A DNA stretch of 64,000 nt from the human T2T-CHM13v2.0 reference genome, Homo sapiens. Positions 17,445 to 31,910 of this stretch are shown piece by piece (position 1 is the stretch's first letter; every line of letters starts with the position of its first letter). The notes beneath the pieces were generated by a model. That model saw only the letters and a list, made by a program, of their open reading frames with translations, searched no databases and had not been told where the DNA came from. The stretch lies in NCBI RefSeq assembly GCF_009914755.1, contig NC_060932.1; one strand, 5' to 3'. Position numbers and translations under genes: made by a program.

Positions 17445-17800
<356 letters not shown>

Positions 17801-19262
17801 TTATGGTCATGAAGAATCTGCCTTTGGTTAATTGTGATTTTCCACCATGACAGTTTGAATTAATCCAAAGTATTTTAAAAATGAAAATAAAATAAGCAGT
17901 TAGCTCTAATGGCATACAGGTTAACTGCAGCTTGATGTTAGAGGCATTGGAGATTAAAAGGTGCCATTGCAGGATATGAACCCATACACAATAATAGTTA
18001 CAGATTCAAAGCTGTGATTCCTCAATGTTTGAAGGTTTCTATAGGAACAACACGATTGTGTGTTCTGTTTATAAGCTTAAAATATGTGGTGGCAAGAAAG
18101 TGCTGCTGTAACAACCATGTGAGGATAATTCAAAAGATGAAAGCCTGTAAAAATTAATGATCAGAGAAGAATGTGGCCTAGTAAATCAACAACCACATTA
18201 TTAAAAACAGAGGAAATATAATTGGCCACATATGGTCACACTATAACAAGGCGAGAGTCATTGCATTCTTTAAGCCAGTTACCCATTTACACCTGCACCG
18301 TGATGGCTTATGGAGAGAGCAACAGACACGCCAACAGCCTTGTGGAAATGAAATCATTCTCTTATTAATACCATCAATGACATCCAATTAGCTATTAAGA
18401 AAATGGCTTAGAAGTGCAAACAGGTACCTAAAATGAAACCATCCTAATGAATTACAACCATCACATTTGCTTATAAGTAGAGCAGGTTTTGGAAATAATA
18501 GATTCCAGGATGCAGGGGTTGAGCAGTCATGTAACAATTCAAATAAAATGAAATCACTGTGCATTTGAACTTCACTTAATTGCCTCAGCTTCTCAGGATT
18601 TAAAAAGAGAAAGAAAACAAAACTTACTCTTTACAGGCCACTCTGTTGTTTGAAAAAGAAAAAAACAATACATACCCACAAAAGATCCTTAAAAATATCT
18701 GTGTTCTCTGCAAGTTGCACAATTTTGAAGACTTCTGGTAAAGCTCAAAAAAGATTTAGAGAACCATAAAAATGCTGTTATACATCTTCTGTTTTACCAA
18801 AATGTACCACATCACAAAAGATTTACAGCCTTTTCTGAGGCTAATAATAAACAAGGCTAATTATTAAACAAGGTAAGTTAATAATAAAAAATGGAAAGTT
18901 CTTTTAAAAATTTTTCTTAGGAATTGATTTTCCACAAGTTGATTTTTCTGTCTCCTTTAAGTGAGTAGGATAATGTTAATTGCCTGGCTAGGCCAAATAA
19001 AAACAGCTGATATTTATAGAATACTTGCTATGCATAAGCTTCACTCTTCTTTTTGAATGTTTTTGTTGTTGTTGTTATTCCAGGCAACATGGTGGACAAT
19101 AGCAATTACAAACTCCTGAGTTTCACAGGTTGTAGTTACTTGGGGAGATTAAATTGAGCCTGTCTTATGTCCAGTTCCAAATTTTCAAAGAAGGAACTTG
19201 AACCATGCAGGTTGAGTGCCGAATTCTGAAATTTCCTTTTTGTCTACAGAATAGAGAAAGCA

Positions 19263-19574
19263 GGCCAGGTGTGGTGGATCACACCTGTATTTCCCGCACT
19301 TTGGGAGGCTGAGGCAGGCAGATCATTTGAGGTCAGAAGTTAGAGACCATCCTGGCCAACATGGTAAAACCCTGTCTCTACTAAAAATACAAAAAAAAAG
19401 CTGGGTGTGATGGCACATGCCTGTAGTTCCAGCTACTCAGGAGGCTGAGGCATGAGAATCACTTGAAGCCAGGAGACAGTGGTTGCAGTGAGCCAAGATT
19501 GTGACACTGCACTCCAGCCTGGGTGACAGAGTGAGACTCCCTCTCAAAAAAAACAAAAAAAAAACAAAAACAAA
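19263..19574 (+). mobile_element. AluS
   Basis: Full-length dimer from GGCCAGGTGTGGTGG to an A/AAAAAC tail. Confidence 0.92.
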
Positions 19575-19599
19575 AGAGAAAATTCAAGAAATTTTATAG

Positions 19600-20780
19600 A
19601 TTCTGACCAGTTTTTATCATCTCTACTGCCTTCTCCAGTGGCCTCATACTTCCAAGCACGCTTCTATGCCTGTACTCAGCCAGTGATACTATTAAATACA
19701 TTTTAAATCAAAGCACCCCTCTTCTCTAAACCCTTCATAGGCATCTGATCTTGTTCTGAATAAAAGTCAAATTTCTACAATTTCCTGCAATATCCTATGG
19801 AATCTCCCCCCTTCAGCAACTCATTCCTGGTACATGTCTAATCTTCTGACTTCAACTTTTCTACTACTGTCTTTTTCTCACTTGGTCTGCTCCAGCCACA
19901 CTTGCCTCCTTGCTATTTCTCAATTTTCTAAACACACTCTCACTTTAGATTGTTTGCACTTTATCTGAGATGCTGTTCTCAAAAGCAGCCTTGTATCTGC
20001 CTTCCACGGTTCCTTCAATATTAGACCTAATATCATCACCTTCTCAATGAAGATTTCTCTAATCATTCTATTAAAAAGTCTGATGCCTCTGTGACAGGCT
20101 GACCTTTCAAGTGGCTTCCATGATTCCCACCTTCTGGTGTTCATGACCTCATATAACTCCCTCCCTGAGTGTGGTAGAGACCTGTGACTTGCTTCTAACC
20201 CATAGAAGATGGAAAAGATGATTGGATATCACCCTCATATTTACATCTTGCTAGCAGACTCAGTTCTAGAATCTGTCTTTCCATTATTGACAGTGAAGAA
20301 GCAAGCTGTCATAAATGCTACAACACACAATAAAGTTAATTCTGCCAACAACCTACATGAGCTTGGAAGAAGCCTCTTCCCCACTTGAGCCTCAAGATGA
20401 GAATGCAGCCTTTGTGGATACCTGGATTGCAGCCTTGTGAGACCCTGAAGCAAAAAACTCAAGCCATGCCTGGGCTCCTGACCCACCAAAGCTGTGAGAT
20501 AGTGAGGGAGCATTATTTTAAGCCATAAAATTTGTGGTAGAATGTTACACAGCATAGAAAATGAATACTGCCTCTCTGGTATTCTAGAATTTCTGTATTC
20601 CCGTGTAGTAGATTTCTCTATCTACTTAGCATCTTCGTATATATTTACATTTATTTGTTTATTTGCTAAGTCTCCCTCACATGCATATACAAACACTAGA
20701 ATGCAAGTTCCATGAGAGTGAAATGTTTATCTACATGGTTAGAAAAGTACCTGCTACACAATAAGTACTCAAAAAATGTT
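19600..20780 (+). mobile_element. L2, interrupted by an MLT1 LTR
   Basis: ctccagccacacttgcctccttgc; 3' end cactagaatgcaagttccatgagag...aagtactcaa. Confidence 0.55.
20090..20569 (+). mobile_element. MLT1 (E/F-like) solo LTR
   Basis: tgagtgtggtagagacctgtgacttgcttctaac...gcatagaaaatgaatac; 5-bp TSD GCCTC at 20085-20089 and 20570-20574. Confidence 0.8.
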
Positions 20781-20981
20781 TTAAAATGATGATATCAATT
20801 ATACTTTACAAGCTTAATGAATGTTAGTTTGGAATTCACAATCCATTTAGACACTTGCAAACACATACTCCACACATAATATCTAGTTGAACTCTGCCAA
20901 ATGACATTTATTTTTCTTTTGTACTAAATGCATGGTTTGCATGAGCTCTTCCCTTTCGATAAATAATTTTGACATCATGTA

Positions 20982-21185
20982 CAGCAAGTTCTCACCTAAC
21001 ATGATGGATCAGTACTTGAAATCTGCAACTTTAAACAAAATGACATATAGCAGGTTATCAAATAATGTCATTTTGTTAAACATCTTTTCATTATCATGTT
21101 GATTATAAAAAATGATTTCATTAGACATCTTTTTGCTTAAAGTCACAATTTCCAAGAATCTATTGCCAACATTGAGGATTAACTT
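20982..21185. mobile_element. MER6-type TcMar-Tigger MITE
   Basis: Palindromic element CAGCAAGTTCTCACCTAAC...cttaaagtcacaatttccaagaatctat...gaggatt preceded by TA. Confidence 0.7.
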
Positions 21186-22275
21186 TAGAAGCAGCTTTAA
21201 TTTCTGCTTAAAATAAAACCCATATAAACCACAGCAGGAATATCAGGAAGGCACTAATGATGAGAATTGTTACACACAGACTAGTTTATTGCACAATCTG
21301 TGGAATATTTTTCTTTAGAGAATGTTAAAATTAGGGCTAAGTAGATGTTCATCTCTCTAGGACAATATAATTATAGCTCTGCTGGAAGCTATGGCTATTA
21401 AGATGTCACAAGTTCATTCCATCTGTATGATTTTGTAATTGGTGATTGAGTAAAAGAAACACGGTGATATTCTCTATTGAAATGACAAAAAAGAGAACAC
21501 TTCTGCTTTTGCCCTGAAGAATTAATAAATTGTTATTCTTTTCATTATTTAAGAACTATTAGTAGCCTAGATAGGTCACCATGTTTTCACTATTGCCCAT
21601 CGAGGGAAAACATAAATGTTATAATAAAGTGATGTATAAATATTAATCCTTATATATCAATAAGTGTCCCTATTTTCTCCCCAAATTTGCCACATTTATC
21701 CTTATATACTATGTCACACTATCAGATGAAGTTTTATTATTATTGTTGTAGTTCTCATCAAATAAAAGGCCATTCAAAAGGCAGTTGAAGGGACTTCATA
21801 ACAATAATAAAATATAATGTTTTCTTGTATTTCCCCCAGGTGGTTGATAAACATTTATCTTTTTTGTTCATTCAATAAATCATTTGTTGAATATAATCCA
21901 TGGAGCAGTCAATGTGCTAGTAGCTGGCCACAGACAAATGGACTCAATCATTGTCCCAGAAATCCTTATGGTAAGTTGAGAAGCAGAATAACAGCAGGGT
22001 ACCTTGGGTTCTGCTGGATAAAATTTTTCTGCTTTCCACTGTGAGGACTGCAACAGACCCAAATGAATGTAAATGAGACAGACCATAGCTTCAGTTCTTC
22101 AAAGGTGATTTCTGAGAGTCCCTGTATTTTTACAATAGTTTGATAAGGGTGGACGTCAGTATTAAGATGCGAGGGATAAACTGTCTTCTTACCTCCAGAT
22201 CCACAATGTAGTTGAAGGCAGCTTTCCAACAATAGCGTTGAATTTGTCCAGAATACATTGTGATGCTACAAAGGT

Positions 22276-22590
22276 GATGGGTACTTAATTTTATGTGTCT
22301 ACTTTACTAGATAATGGAGTACCCAGATATTTGGCTAAACATTATTTCTATGGGTATGTCTGAAATGGTGTTTCTGGAAGGCATTAGCATTTGAATTGGT
22401 AGTCACAGTAAAGCAAATTGCTCTCCCCAAGGTGGGTGGGCATTATTCAGTATATCCGGGGCCTAAATAGAACAAAGAGGAGGAAGGGAGAATTTGCTTT
22501 GTCTGACTACCAGAGCTGGAACCTTGGTCTTCTGCCCTTGGACTCCTTGTTTTCAGGCCTTTGAACTCAGACTAGAAGTCTCCACCAGCT
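22276..22590 (+). mobile_element. MLT2 (ERVL) LTR, 3'-truncated
   Basis: ttaattttatgtgtc...cccagatatttggctaaacattatttct...gcattagcatttgaattgg. Confidence 0.75.
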
Positions 22591-23490
22591 TTATGCTTTC
22601 TCTGCAGTAGACTAGTCTGAAATACCCAGACTGGTCTATAATTATAATCTATAATTAAATTGGGCTATCTATTTAAAGCAAATAGTGTATCTTCAAGAAA
22701 GATATTCTTGAATTACTTCAAGGTCTCTAAAGAAGTTAATCATAAACCATTGAAATACAGTGATGAATTTCATAGGATAAAAACAGTATCTTACAAGCAA
22801 TTTGAAATATAGAAATATCTTCCGCTAGTTTCCTTTCCAAATTTCAACAAGATTCTATGTATTTTAAGTATTAAGAGGTGTTTACACCACAGTAGCTGCA
22901 AAACTCAATTTACTTCCAAATGCTCAGTGAAGTTCCTACCTGAAGTTCGTTTAACAGCATTTCTTTTTAAAATATTTGAATACCTACAAGATATCAAAAA
23001 CTATGCAAAACTTTCTGGAGACAAGGATGAGCAAAACAGACTTGTCTCTGAAATAAAGAAACTCAGAAGTGAGACAAATATTTTTATAGAAAGCAGTAAA
23101 TATTATCATAGAGATAAGTTCAGGGTGTTACAGGTGCATAAAGAAGAATCCTTTAGATTAAACATATATTCTAGCTGCCTGGTAAAAAATCAGCAAATAC
23201 CTTTCTTTCCCAAAATAATTATTAATAACTCCTCTTTCACTCTCAATAGTTCCCAGTTTATAGAATAAATTACTTGATCACATTATCTAAAATAGCTCCA
23301 GGTTGGTGGGGTGGTGAGGAAGGTTGAAGCAAAGAAGGCTACCCTGTATTTCCACATTTGAGAACTACAAACATTTTAGCACAGTGGAGTTTTGGGATGT
23401 GATGTGGGTCACAAGCTCCTCTGAAACAAGAAACAATAGGGTTATGCAGAAGCTAGATCATGAAGGCTGTTGCTAAGAAGTTTGGACTTA

Positions 23491-23845
<355 letters not shown>

Positions 23846-24403
23846 TCAAAGAACAGATATACATTATAGAAAAAGGACTATGGCAACCACATGAAGCATA
23901 AATCATGGATCAAAGACAGGGACACCTATTCAATGATAGTTGCAATAGTTCAATCAAGAAATAAGTCTTTAATCTGTGGAAACGGTAATGAAAATAGAAA
24001 GTGAGGTATGGGAATCAAAAAAATATTAGAAAATACAGCCTTCAGGACTTGGGGGTGGAATCAGTATAATGAAGTAATTAGGAAAGGTGAAGACTGTCTC
24101 CCAGGTTCCTTGGAGAGCCATTAGGTAAACATTTACTGTGATAGAAAACACAAGGAGAAGAGCAATTGTATTTACTGCTTTTTGGAAGAAGGACAGTGAT
24201 GAGGTAATATAATGATGGGGTGAGTATGAGATATACTTTTAAGTGGCTTTATAGAACAGGTTTATGGGAGGGCTGTGAGCTACATTTTATTTACCCTGAA
24301 GGAAATACAGTATGTATCCATCTTGTGCAGCAATGTGTCCTTAGTGCCTAACAGAGGGCTTGACAAATAGTGTTGAATAAATTGTTATCAACTGAGTTAA
24401 TGA

Positions 24404-24697
<294 letters not shown>

Positions 24698-24913
24698 TAG
24701 ACTTGGTTTTAAATCCCAATGCGGCTAGATGAAAAAATCAGAGCAAGTTATTCCTATAGGCCTTTTTTTTTTTTCACTGAAAATCAGGATACAATAAAAT
24801 CTGAGTTGCTAAATTATTTGTGTATGTGTGAAAAGCAAGCTATGTATTATATAGAGATGTGCCTTATCACCTATGAAGTAATTTAGAAGTATCAGAAACC
24901 ACTATTATTTCCA

Positions 24914-25487
24914 TATTAGTCACAATTCTCCACAGAGACAGAACCAATAGGGTAGGGAGATAGAGGGCTAGGCAGATATAGATATCTGAGAAAGGATGTG
25001 TTAGGGGAATAGGCTCACGTGATTATGGAGGCTGAGAAGTCTCATGATAGGCTGTCTGCAAATTGGACAAGCAAAGAATTTGTAGCATGGCTCAGTCCAA
25101 GACCAAAAGCCTCAGAACTAGGGTGAAACTCAGTCCAGGTCAAAGACCTGAGAACACAGCAGTTGCTGGTGCAAGTCCAGAAGTCCAAAGGCCAGAGAAA
25201 CTGGAGTTCTGATGTCTAAAAGTAGGGGAAAAGTGTGCCCCAGCTCCAGGAGAGAGAGATCTAGAGAGAGCACATCTGCCTTGCCTTTGCCTTCTTGTTC
25301 TCTGGACCCTTGGCCAATTGGGTGGTGCTGGCCCACACTGAATGAGGGTGGATCTTTTTTACTCAGTTGCTGATTCAAATGCCCATCTCTTACAAAAACA
25401 TTCTAACAGGCATCTACAGAAATAATGCTTTACCAGCTATCAGAGTATCTCTTAATCCAGTCAAGTTGATACCTTAAATTTACCATT
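24914..25487 (-). mobile_element. MLT2 (ERVL) solo LTR
   Basis: tattagtc...cagagacagaaccaatagg...ggctcacgtgattatggaggctgagaagtc...ccagtcaagttgatac. Confidence 0.8.
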
Positions 25488-26033
25488 AGAATCATATCGT
25501 GGGCATTGAAAGATCAAAGCATATAAGTCATCCATTGCTAAACCCAATTATGACATGTCTACCCCATATCACATAAACTCCCAGGACACTTGTCAGCCTC
25601 AGTCTTTACCTCCAAATACTGCCAGACTGGTAGAGGAAATCCATTCCCAACAAGCTACACATGCTCTGAAATTCACAAACGCTCAGTGCAAACTACAAGA
25701 TGACAAACTGCAGTCTTTTCAGATATACATGTACATACTGGAGTATAAGCATGTGCATCCTATACTTCCATGTTGTTTGACCCAACATGAAATCATACCA
25801 TTCCACTTTGGGCTCTCTCCCTAACTTGAGAGTTAAAATTAGGTGTCTTACAAATTACAGCTCCTTATCTTACACCTCAAGACTTATTATGTGTTTCTCT
25901 TGTCTCCTCTGCCCTTTAAGTCTGTATCTTGCACTATATCCAGGAGTGGATACAGAACTCAGTACGGGCCATCTTGGGTTTTTTGCTTTAAGTCACATCA
26001 GCACTTGGTGTGTTAGGAAAGCTATGGCCTTAA

Positions 26034-26369
<336 letters not shown>

Positions 26370-26463
26370 TGAATTAATAAAAAACATAATTTCTTCATAG
26401 TACTCATAATAGGAAAAGCCAGAAAAATTTTACCGTTTGAGGTGGTTATTATAAAACATCCTA

Positions 26464-26757
26464 TGGCTCACACCTGTAATCCCAGCACTTTGGGAGGCTG
26501 AAGCAGGCAGATCACCTGAGGTCAGGAGTTCAAGACCAGCCTGACAAACATAGAGAAACTACGTCTCTACTAAAAATACAAAAAAGCTAGCCAGGTGTGG
26601 TGGCACATGCCTATAATCCCAGCTACTCAGTAGGCTGAGGCAGGAGAATCACTTGAACCCAGGAGGTGGAGGTTGCGGTGAGCTGAGAGCGCACCATTGC
26701 ACCCGAGCCTGGGCAACAAGAATGAAACCTCCATCTCAAAATAAATAAATAAATAAA
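26464..26757 (+). mobile_element. AluSp/Sq-like
   Basis: Dimer with GAGAAAC, TTGCGGTGAGC and GGGCAACAAG diagnostics and a (TAAA)n tail. Confidence 0.9.
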
Positions 26758-27445
26758 ATGGTAAATGAAGGAAAAGAAAGCATTTACCTTTGTTGACCTT
26801 TGTTGATGTATAGCAAACAAACAGCTCCAGTTAATCAGGAAAGCTCTTCTTTACAAAAGGAAAAGCCAATATAATAATGCAGAGGCAAAGGCAGAGCTAA
26901 AAGATCATAACTCTGCAATCTTTATAAAAATTAGACACACACAAGAATTATCAATTGGTGTCAAAAAAAATTTGGAGGGTATGGTTGAGAATGAACCAGA
27001 CATGTGTTTACTTCCACTCCAGCTACTCCATGGATTTCTAGACTCAAGGGGAAAATTGACTGCGTATTGAATGAGCCATTTTGTCATCATTCCATCCTGG
27101 AGTCAATCTTAGTATCACTAATGGTTGGCCTAGCAAATAGTAAAGTGTCTCCTGATATAACACAATATGCAGTATACAATGTCCTCAGGAAGTATTCCAT
27201 CCAATTTGCCTAGTATTAGGCCTGTCTACATTTTCCAATTAACAGGAAATACAGGAATAGAAGGATAAGCCAAGCCTGAGAGGGAAGAAGCAACAAAACC
27301 TGTACTGTTCAATACAATAGCCACAAGCCACGGACGGTGGCTATTTTAATTCAAATTTAACTTAAATTTGAATCTGAATTGAATTAAATTAATCACACTA
27401 GGCAGGTTTCAAGTACTCAACAGCCACATGTGAAAAGTGACTACC

Positions 27446-27990
27446 TTTGATGGTTAATTTTAGTGTCAGCTGGATTAGGGAATACCTAGAAGCCTGGTGA
27501 AGAATTATATTTGGATGTGTCTGTGAGGGCGTTTCTAGAGGAGGTTGCTGTGTGAATCTGGCCAGACTAGGTGGGGAAGATCCATCCTCAGTGTAGATGG
27601 GCACCTTTCAATTGACCAGGGGCCCAGAGAGAACAAAAATATGAAAGGCAAATTTCTCTATCTCCTAGACTTGGAATACACTTGTCCTCTGCTGTTCTTG
27701 GGGATCAAAACTCCAGGCTCCCTAGCCTTTGAACTCCAGGACTTAACACCAGTGCTCCCCAAGGTTTTCAGGCCTTTGGTCTCAAACTAAGAGTTACATT
27801 ATCAACTTCCCTGGTTTTGAAGCCTTTGGACTTGGACTGGCCTCCCAGCGTACCCAGCTTGAAGATGGCTTGTCACGGGACGTCTCAGCCTCCTTAATCC
27901 CATAAGCCAATTCCACCAATAAATCCACTCTCATGTATCTATGTATGTATCCTGTTGGTTCTGTCTTTCAGGAGAACTCTGAATAATATG
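27446..27990 (+). mobile_element. MLT2 (ERVL) solo LTR
   Basis: tgatggttaattttagtgtcag...cctgttggttctgtctttcaggagaactctgaataat; TSD CTACC/TTACC. Confidence 0.85.
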
Positions 27991-28000
27991 TTACCTTGTT

Positions 28001-28854
28001 TTTTTTTATATATATTATACTTTAAGTTTTAGGGTACATGTGCACAACGTGCAGGTTAGTTACATATGTATACATGTGCCATGTTGGTGTGCTGCACCCA
28101 GCAACTCATCATTTAACATTAGGTATATCTCCTAATGCTATCCCTTCCCCCTTCCCCCACCCCACAACAGGCCCTGGTGTATGATGTTCCCCTTCCTGTG
28201 TCCACGTGTTTTCATTGTTCAATTCCCACCTATAAGTGAGAACATGTGGTGTTTGTTTTTTTGTTCTTGCGATAGTTTGCTGAAAATGATGGTTTCCAGC
28301 TTCATCCATGTCCCTACAAAGGACATGAACTCATCATTTTTATGGCTGCATAGTATTCCATGGAGTATATGTGCCACATTTTCTTCATCCAGTCTATCAT
28401 TGTTGGACATTTGGCTTGGTTCCAAGTCTTTGCTATTGTGAATAGTGCCACAATAAACATATGTGTGCATGTGTCTTTATAGCAGCATGATTTATAATCC
28501 TTTGGGTATATACCCAGTAATGGGATGGCTGGGTCAAATGGTATTTCTAGTTCTAGATCCCTGAGGAATCGCCACACTGACTTCCACAATGGTTGAACTA
28601 GTTTACGGTCCCACCAACATTGTAAAAGTGTTTCTATTTCTCCGCATCCTCTCCAGCACCTGTTGTTTCCTGACTTTTTAATGATCGCCATTACGAGAAA
28701 AAAACAAACAACCCCATCAAACAGTGGGTGAAGGATATGAACAGACACTTCTCAAAAGAAGACATTTATGCAGCCAAAAGACACATGAAAAAATGCTCCT
28801 CATCACTGGCCATCAGAGAAATGCACATCAAAACCACAATGAGATATCATCTCA
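28001..28854 (-). mobile_element. L1PA (about L1PA4-5), 5'-truncated with 5' inversion
   Basis: 28001-28692 antisense 3' UTR and ORF2 end; 28693-28854 sense ORF2 (KKTNNPIK...MRYHL); imperfect TSD TACCTT(G/A)TT. Confidence 0.92.
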
Positions 28855-29282
28855 TACCTTATTGTTTAGCATATATATGAAATTTTTCTATCATCATAGA
28901 AAATTCTGTTGAACAACCCTGAAAAAGACAAATTTAGAAGTTAGGGCCTTCTGCAGGATATCTAAGTAGATTTAGTCAACAAATCAGTGTCTTAGGAAAA
29001 CATTATACTAGATTTAAAACCTCAAGTGGCATAACAAACAGATTATATCAAGTTTGCCTTAAAAAAGTATTTTGGGAACATCTGGAGAAATTTATTTAAG
29101 GACTGGATATAGATAAGATCAAAATTTATTAATACGGAAAGGTAAATAAAATGTTAATAGTAATCTCAGGTCAGTGAGAGTATGGTGTTTTTCTTTTCTT
29201 TTTGTTGTTTTTATGTATTTTCCAAATTCCTACAATGTACATTTGATTCATTCTATTGTACAAACTTTTAAAAAAATCATTC

Positions 29283-29395
29283 TAGATGATGGGTTGATAG
29301 GTGCAGCAAACCACCATGGCACATGTATATCTATGTAACAGACCTGCAGGTTCTGCACATGTATCCCAGAACTAAAAGTAAAATTTAAAAAAAGA
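29283..29395 (+). mobile_element. L1PA (about L1PA7-8) extreme 3'-end fragment
   Basis: tagatgatgggttgataggtgcagcaaaccaccatggcac...tatcccagaact. Confidence 0.85.
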
Positions 29396-29436
29396 TTAGA
29401 ATATTACATTCAAAAAACATAAATAAAATAAAATAA

Positions 29437-29610
29437 GGCATATACATTGCTTTAGACTTAATGCCATTGCATACTCAATAGACTACAGTATAGTGTAAGC
29501 ATAACTTTTACATGTACTTGGAAACCAAAAATTCATGTGATTCACTCTATTGTAATATTTGCTTTATTGCAGTTGTAGAACCAGACTTGCAATATCGTCA
29601 ACGTATGCCT
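29437..29610 (+). mobile_element. Tigger1 3'-end fragment
   Basis: aatagactacagtatagtgtaagcataactttta...tgctttattgcag...caatatc...gtatgcct then TA. Confidence 0.75.
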
Positions 29611-29744
29611 ATATATGATAAAGGTTGTATATCAAAGTAGTGTGTAAAACAGGCACTATTCAATGAATTGGATTGAGACAACTGAGTTGCCATGTGATAT
29701 AGAATAAAGGTGGAAACATACAAAAATAAATCAATCTGGTTGCA

Positions 29745-30720
29745 ATTTTTTGAGCAGTTTTAGGTTCACACAAAAATTAAGTGGAAGGTATAAAGATTTT
29801 TCCACATATCTATTGGCTTTACACATGCATAGCCACCCCCACTATCAACATCTGAGCCAGGAGTACATCTACTACAAATGACGAACCTACACGGACACAT
29901 TATTAGCACTAGAGGTCCATAGTTTACATTAGCTTTCACTCTTGGTATTATACATTCTATAGGTTTGGACAAATGTATAATGACATGTATCACCATTGTA
30001 GTATCATACAATATAGTTACACCTCCCTAAAAATCCTCTGTTCTCCACCTAATCATCCCTCTCTTCCCCAAAACCCTAGAAACTACTGATCTTTTTACTG
30101 TCCCCATAGTTTTGCCTTTTCCAGAACATCACATGGTTGAAATCATACAGTATGGAGACTTTCAGGTTGGCTTCTTTCATGTAGCAATATGCATTTACTG
30201 TTCCACTGTGTCTTTTCATGCCTTTATAGCTCATTTCTTTTTATCACTGAACAATATTCCAATGTCTGGTGGTATCACAGTTTATTTATTCAATAACCTA
30301 CTGAATGTCATTTTGGTTGCTTTCAAATTTTGGCAATTATGAATAAAACTGCTATGCACATCTGCGTGCAGCTTTTTATGCAGACATAGGTTTCCACCTC
30401 CTTTGAGTAAATACCAAGGAGTGCAACTGTAAGATCATCAGTAAGAGTATGTTTAGTTTTGTAAAAAACTTTCAAATTTCCTTTCAAAGTGATTGTATCA
30501 TTATGCAGCATTCCCACCAGCAATGAATGAGAGTTCCTTTTGCTCAACATCCTTGCCAGCATTCGGTGTTGTCAGTGTTTTGGATTTTTGCCACCGTAAT
30601 AGATGTATGGTGGTATCTCACTGTTGTTTTAAATTTCCCTCTTGACATGATGTGAAGCCCCTTTTCATATGCTTGCTTGCTATCTGTGTATCTTCTTTGG
30701 TGAAGGGTTTTTAATTTTTT
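29745..30720 (-). mobile_element. L1M (L1MC/MB-like) 3' region
   Basis: gagcagttttaggttcacacaaaaattaagtggaagg...tgtggtggtatctcactgttgttt. Confidence 0.8.
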
Positions 30721-30962
30721 TGAAGTTGCTTTGCTCACCTGCCAAGAAGAAATTTCAATGGCTGCTCTTGACCTAGGTGAACCCTGGCTACATTACTTGT
30801 AGTAAAGAAGAGGAACGCTTTGGGGAGCTCTGGGTAGTCAGGGTCAAAATCCATGGGAGGGCAAGGATGCAAAAGTTTGGAACATAGTGATAAAGTGAAG
30901 CAGGCTTAAAGCATATATTAGAAAACAAAACCTAAGGGGTGGTGATAAAGCAATCAAATGGA

Positions 30963-31170
30963 GTGACTATAGTCAATAATAATTTAATTGTAAATTTTTA
31001 AATTTCTAAAAGAATATAATTAGATTGTTGGTAACACAAAGGATAAATGTTTGAGGTGATGAATACCCCATTTACCCTGATATGATTATTACACAGTATA
31101 TCCCTATACCAAAATATCTCATATACCACATAAATATGTATACCTACTATGTACTCACATAACTTAAACA
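30963..31170 (+). mobile_element. L1MA 3' end
   Basis: gtgactatagtcaataataatttaattgta...cacaaaggataaatgtttgaggtgatgaatacccc. Confidence 0.8.
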
Positions 31171-31439
31171 TTGAAAAGACTGCAGCAAATAGTCAAAGCC
31201 AAACAAACATAAGTGACAGTTATTAGGGGAAGCCAATGGTTAGTTCTACAGAAATATTCAGAATAGATATGTTTCCCTTCTGTTATTCCTCTTGCTGGAA
31301 TATCAGTTACCATACAGATAGATAAATGTCCAATTCAGTGTTCCAACCTTGGAGAGCATCCTTGTCTGTTTTGACCTCGAACTCTGAATTTTTCTAAATT
31401 GCTTTTCAATTAAATTACTTTTTTATCCACACAACATGG

Positions 31440-31910
31440 GTGGGTTCGATTGGTTGGCAGGTGATAGTCCAATGACCACGACCAGGGAGGATATAATAAG
31501 AGAATTTTTATTACTTGCAGCAAACAAGGAGGACAAGGAGGACACTTTCCCAAAGGAGAGCGCCCCCTAACAAGGGTGAAAACATGGCTTTTATTGGACT
31601 GGTGTGCTGCATCATTGCATGTAGAGGTGGAGAAAAGGCGGCACAGGCATGGTCACCCATCATGCTTCTACATACCTTGTGTGTATAGTAAGTAGCGAAT
31701 AAGCTCCTCCCTGGATGTGGATTTTTAGTATGGGGAGAGTTCGCTAAAGTTCATCTCCAACTAAAGCATCTCTGGATCCAATTTTTTTTTTTTTCTTCTG
31801 AGGCTAAGCTTCTTCCTGGAACTTTTTGCAACAATAAGAACTCAAGGTAGAACAGTGGCAAGTGAGTACTTTTTCACAGTGCTTACCAAAAACCCGGGGA
31901 CCCTAAAGTA
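31440..31910 (-). mobile_element. Probable ERV solo LTR, family uncertain
   Basis: tttattacttgcagcaa...tttcccaaag (antisense poly(A)-signal region typical of MER-type LTRs); higher GC than the flanks. Confidence 0.45.

Larger units (their letters stand above)
27300..28921. mobile_element. MER3-like hAT-Charlie MITE split into 27300-27445 and ~28855-28921 by an MLT2 LTR and an L1
   Basis: CTGTACTGTTCAATACAATAGCCAC...TTTCAAGTACTCAACAGCCACATGTG; resumes with tctatcatcatagaaaattctgttgaacaaccctg. Confidence 0.75.

Noticed and set aside
22608-22638. 12-bp inverted repeat TAGACTAGTCTG / CAGACTGGTCTA near the MLT2 truncation
   Set aside because: A single short hairpin with one mismatch and no supporting context.
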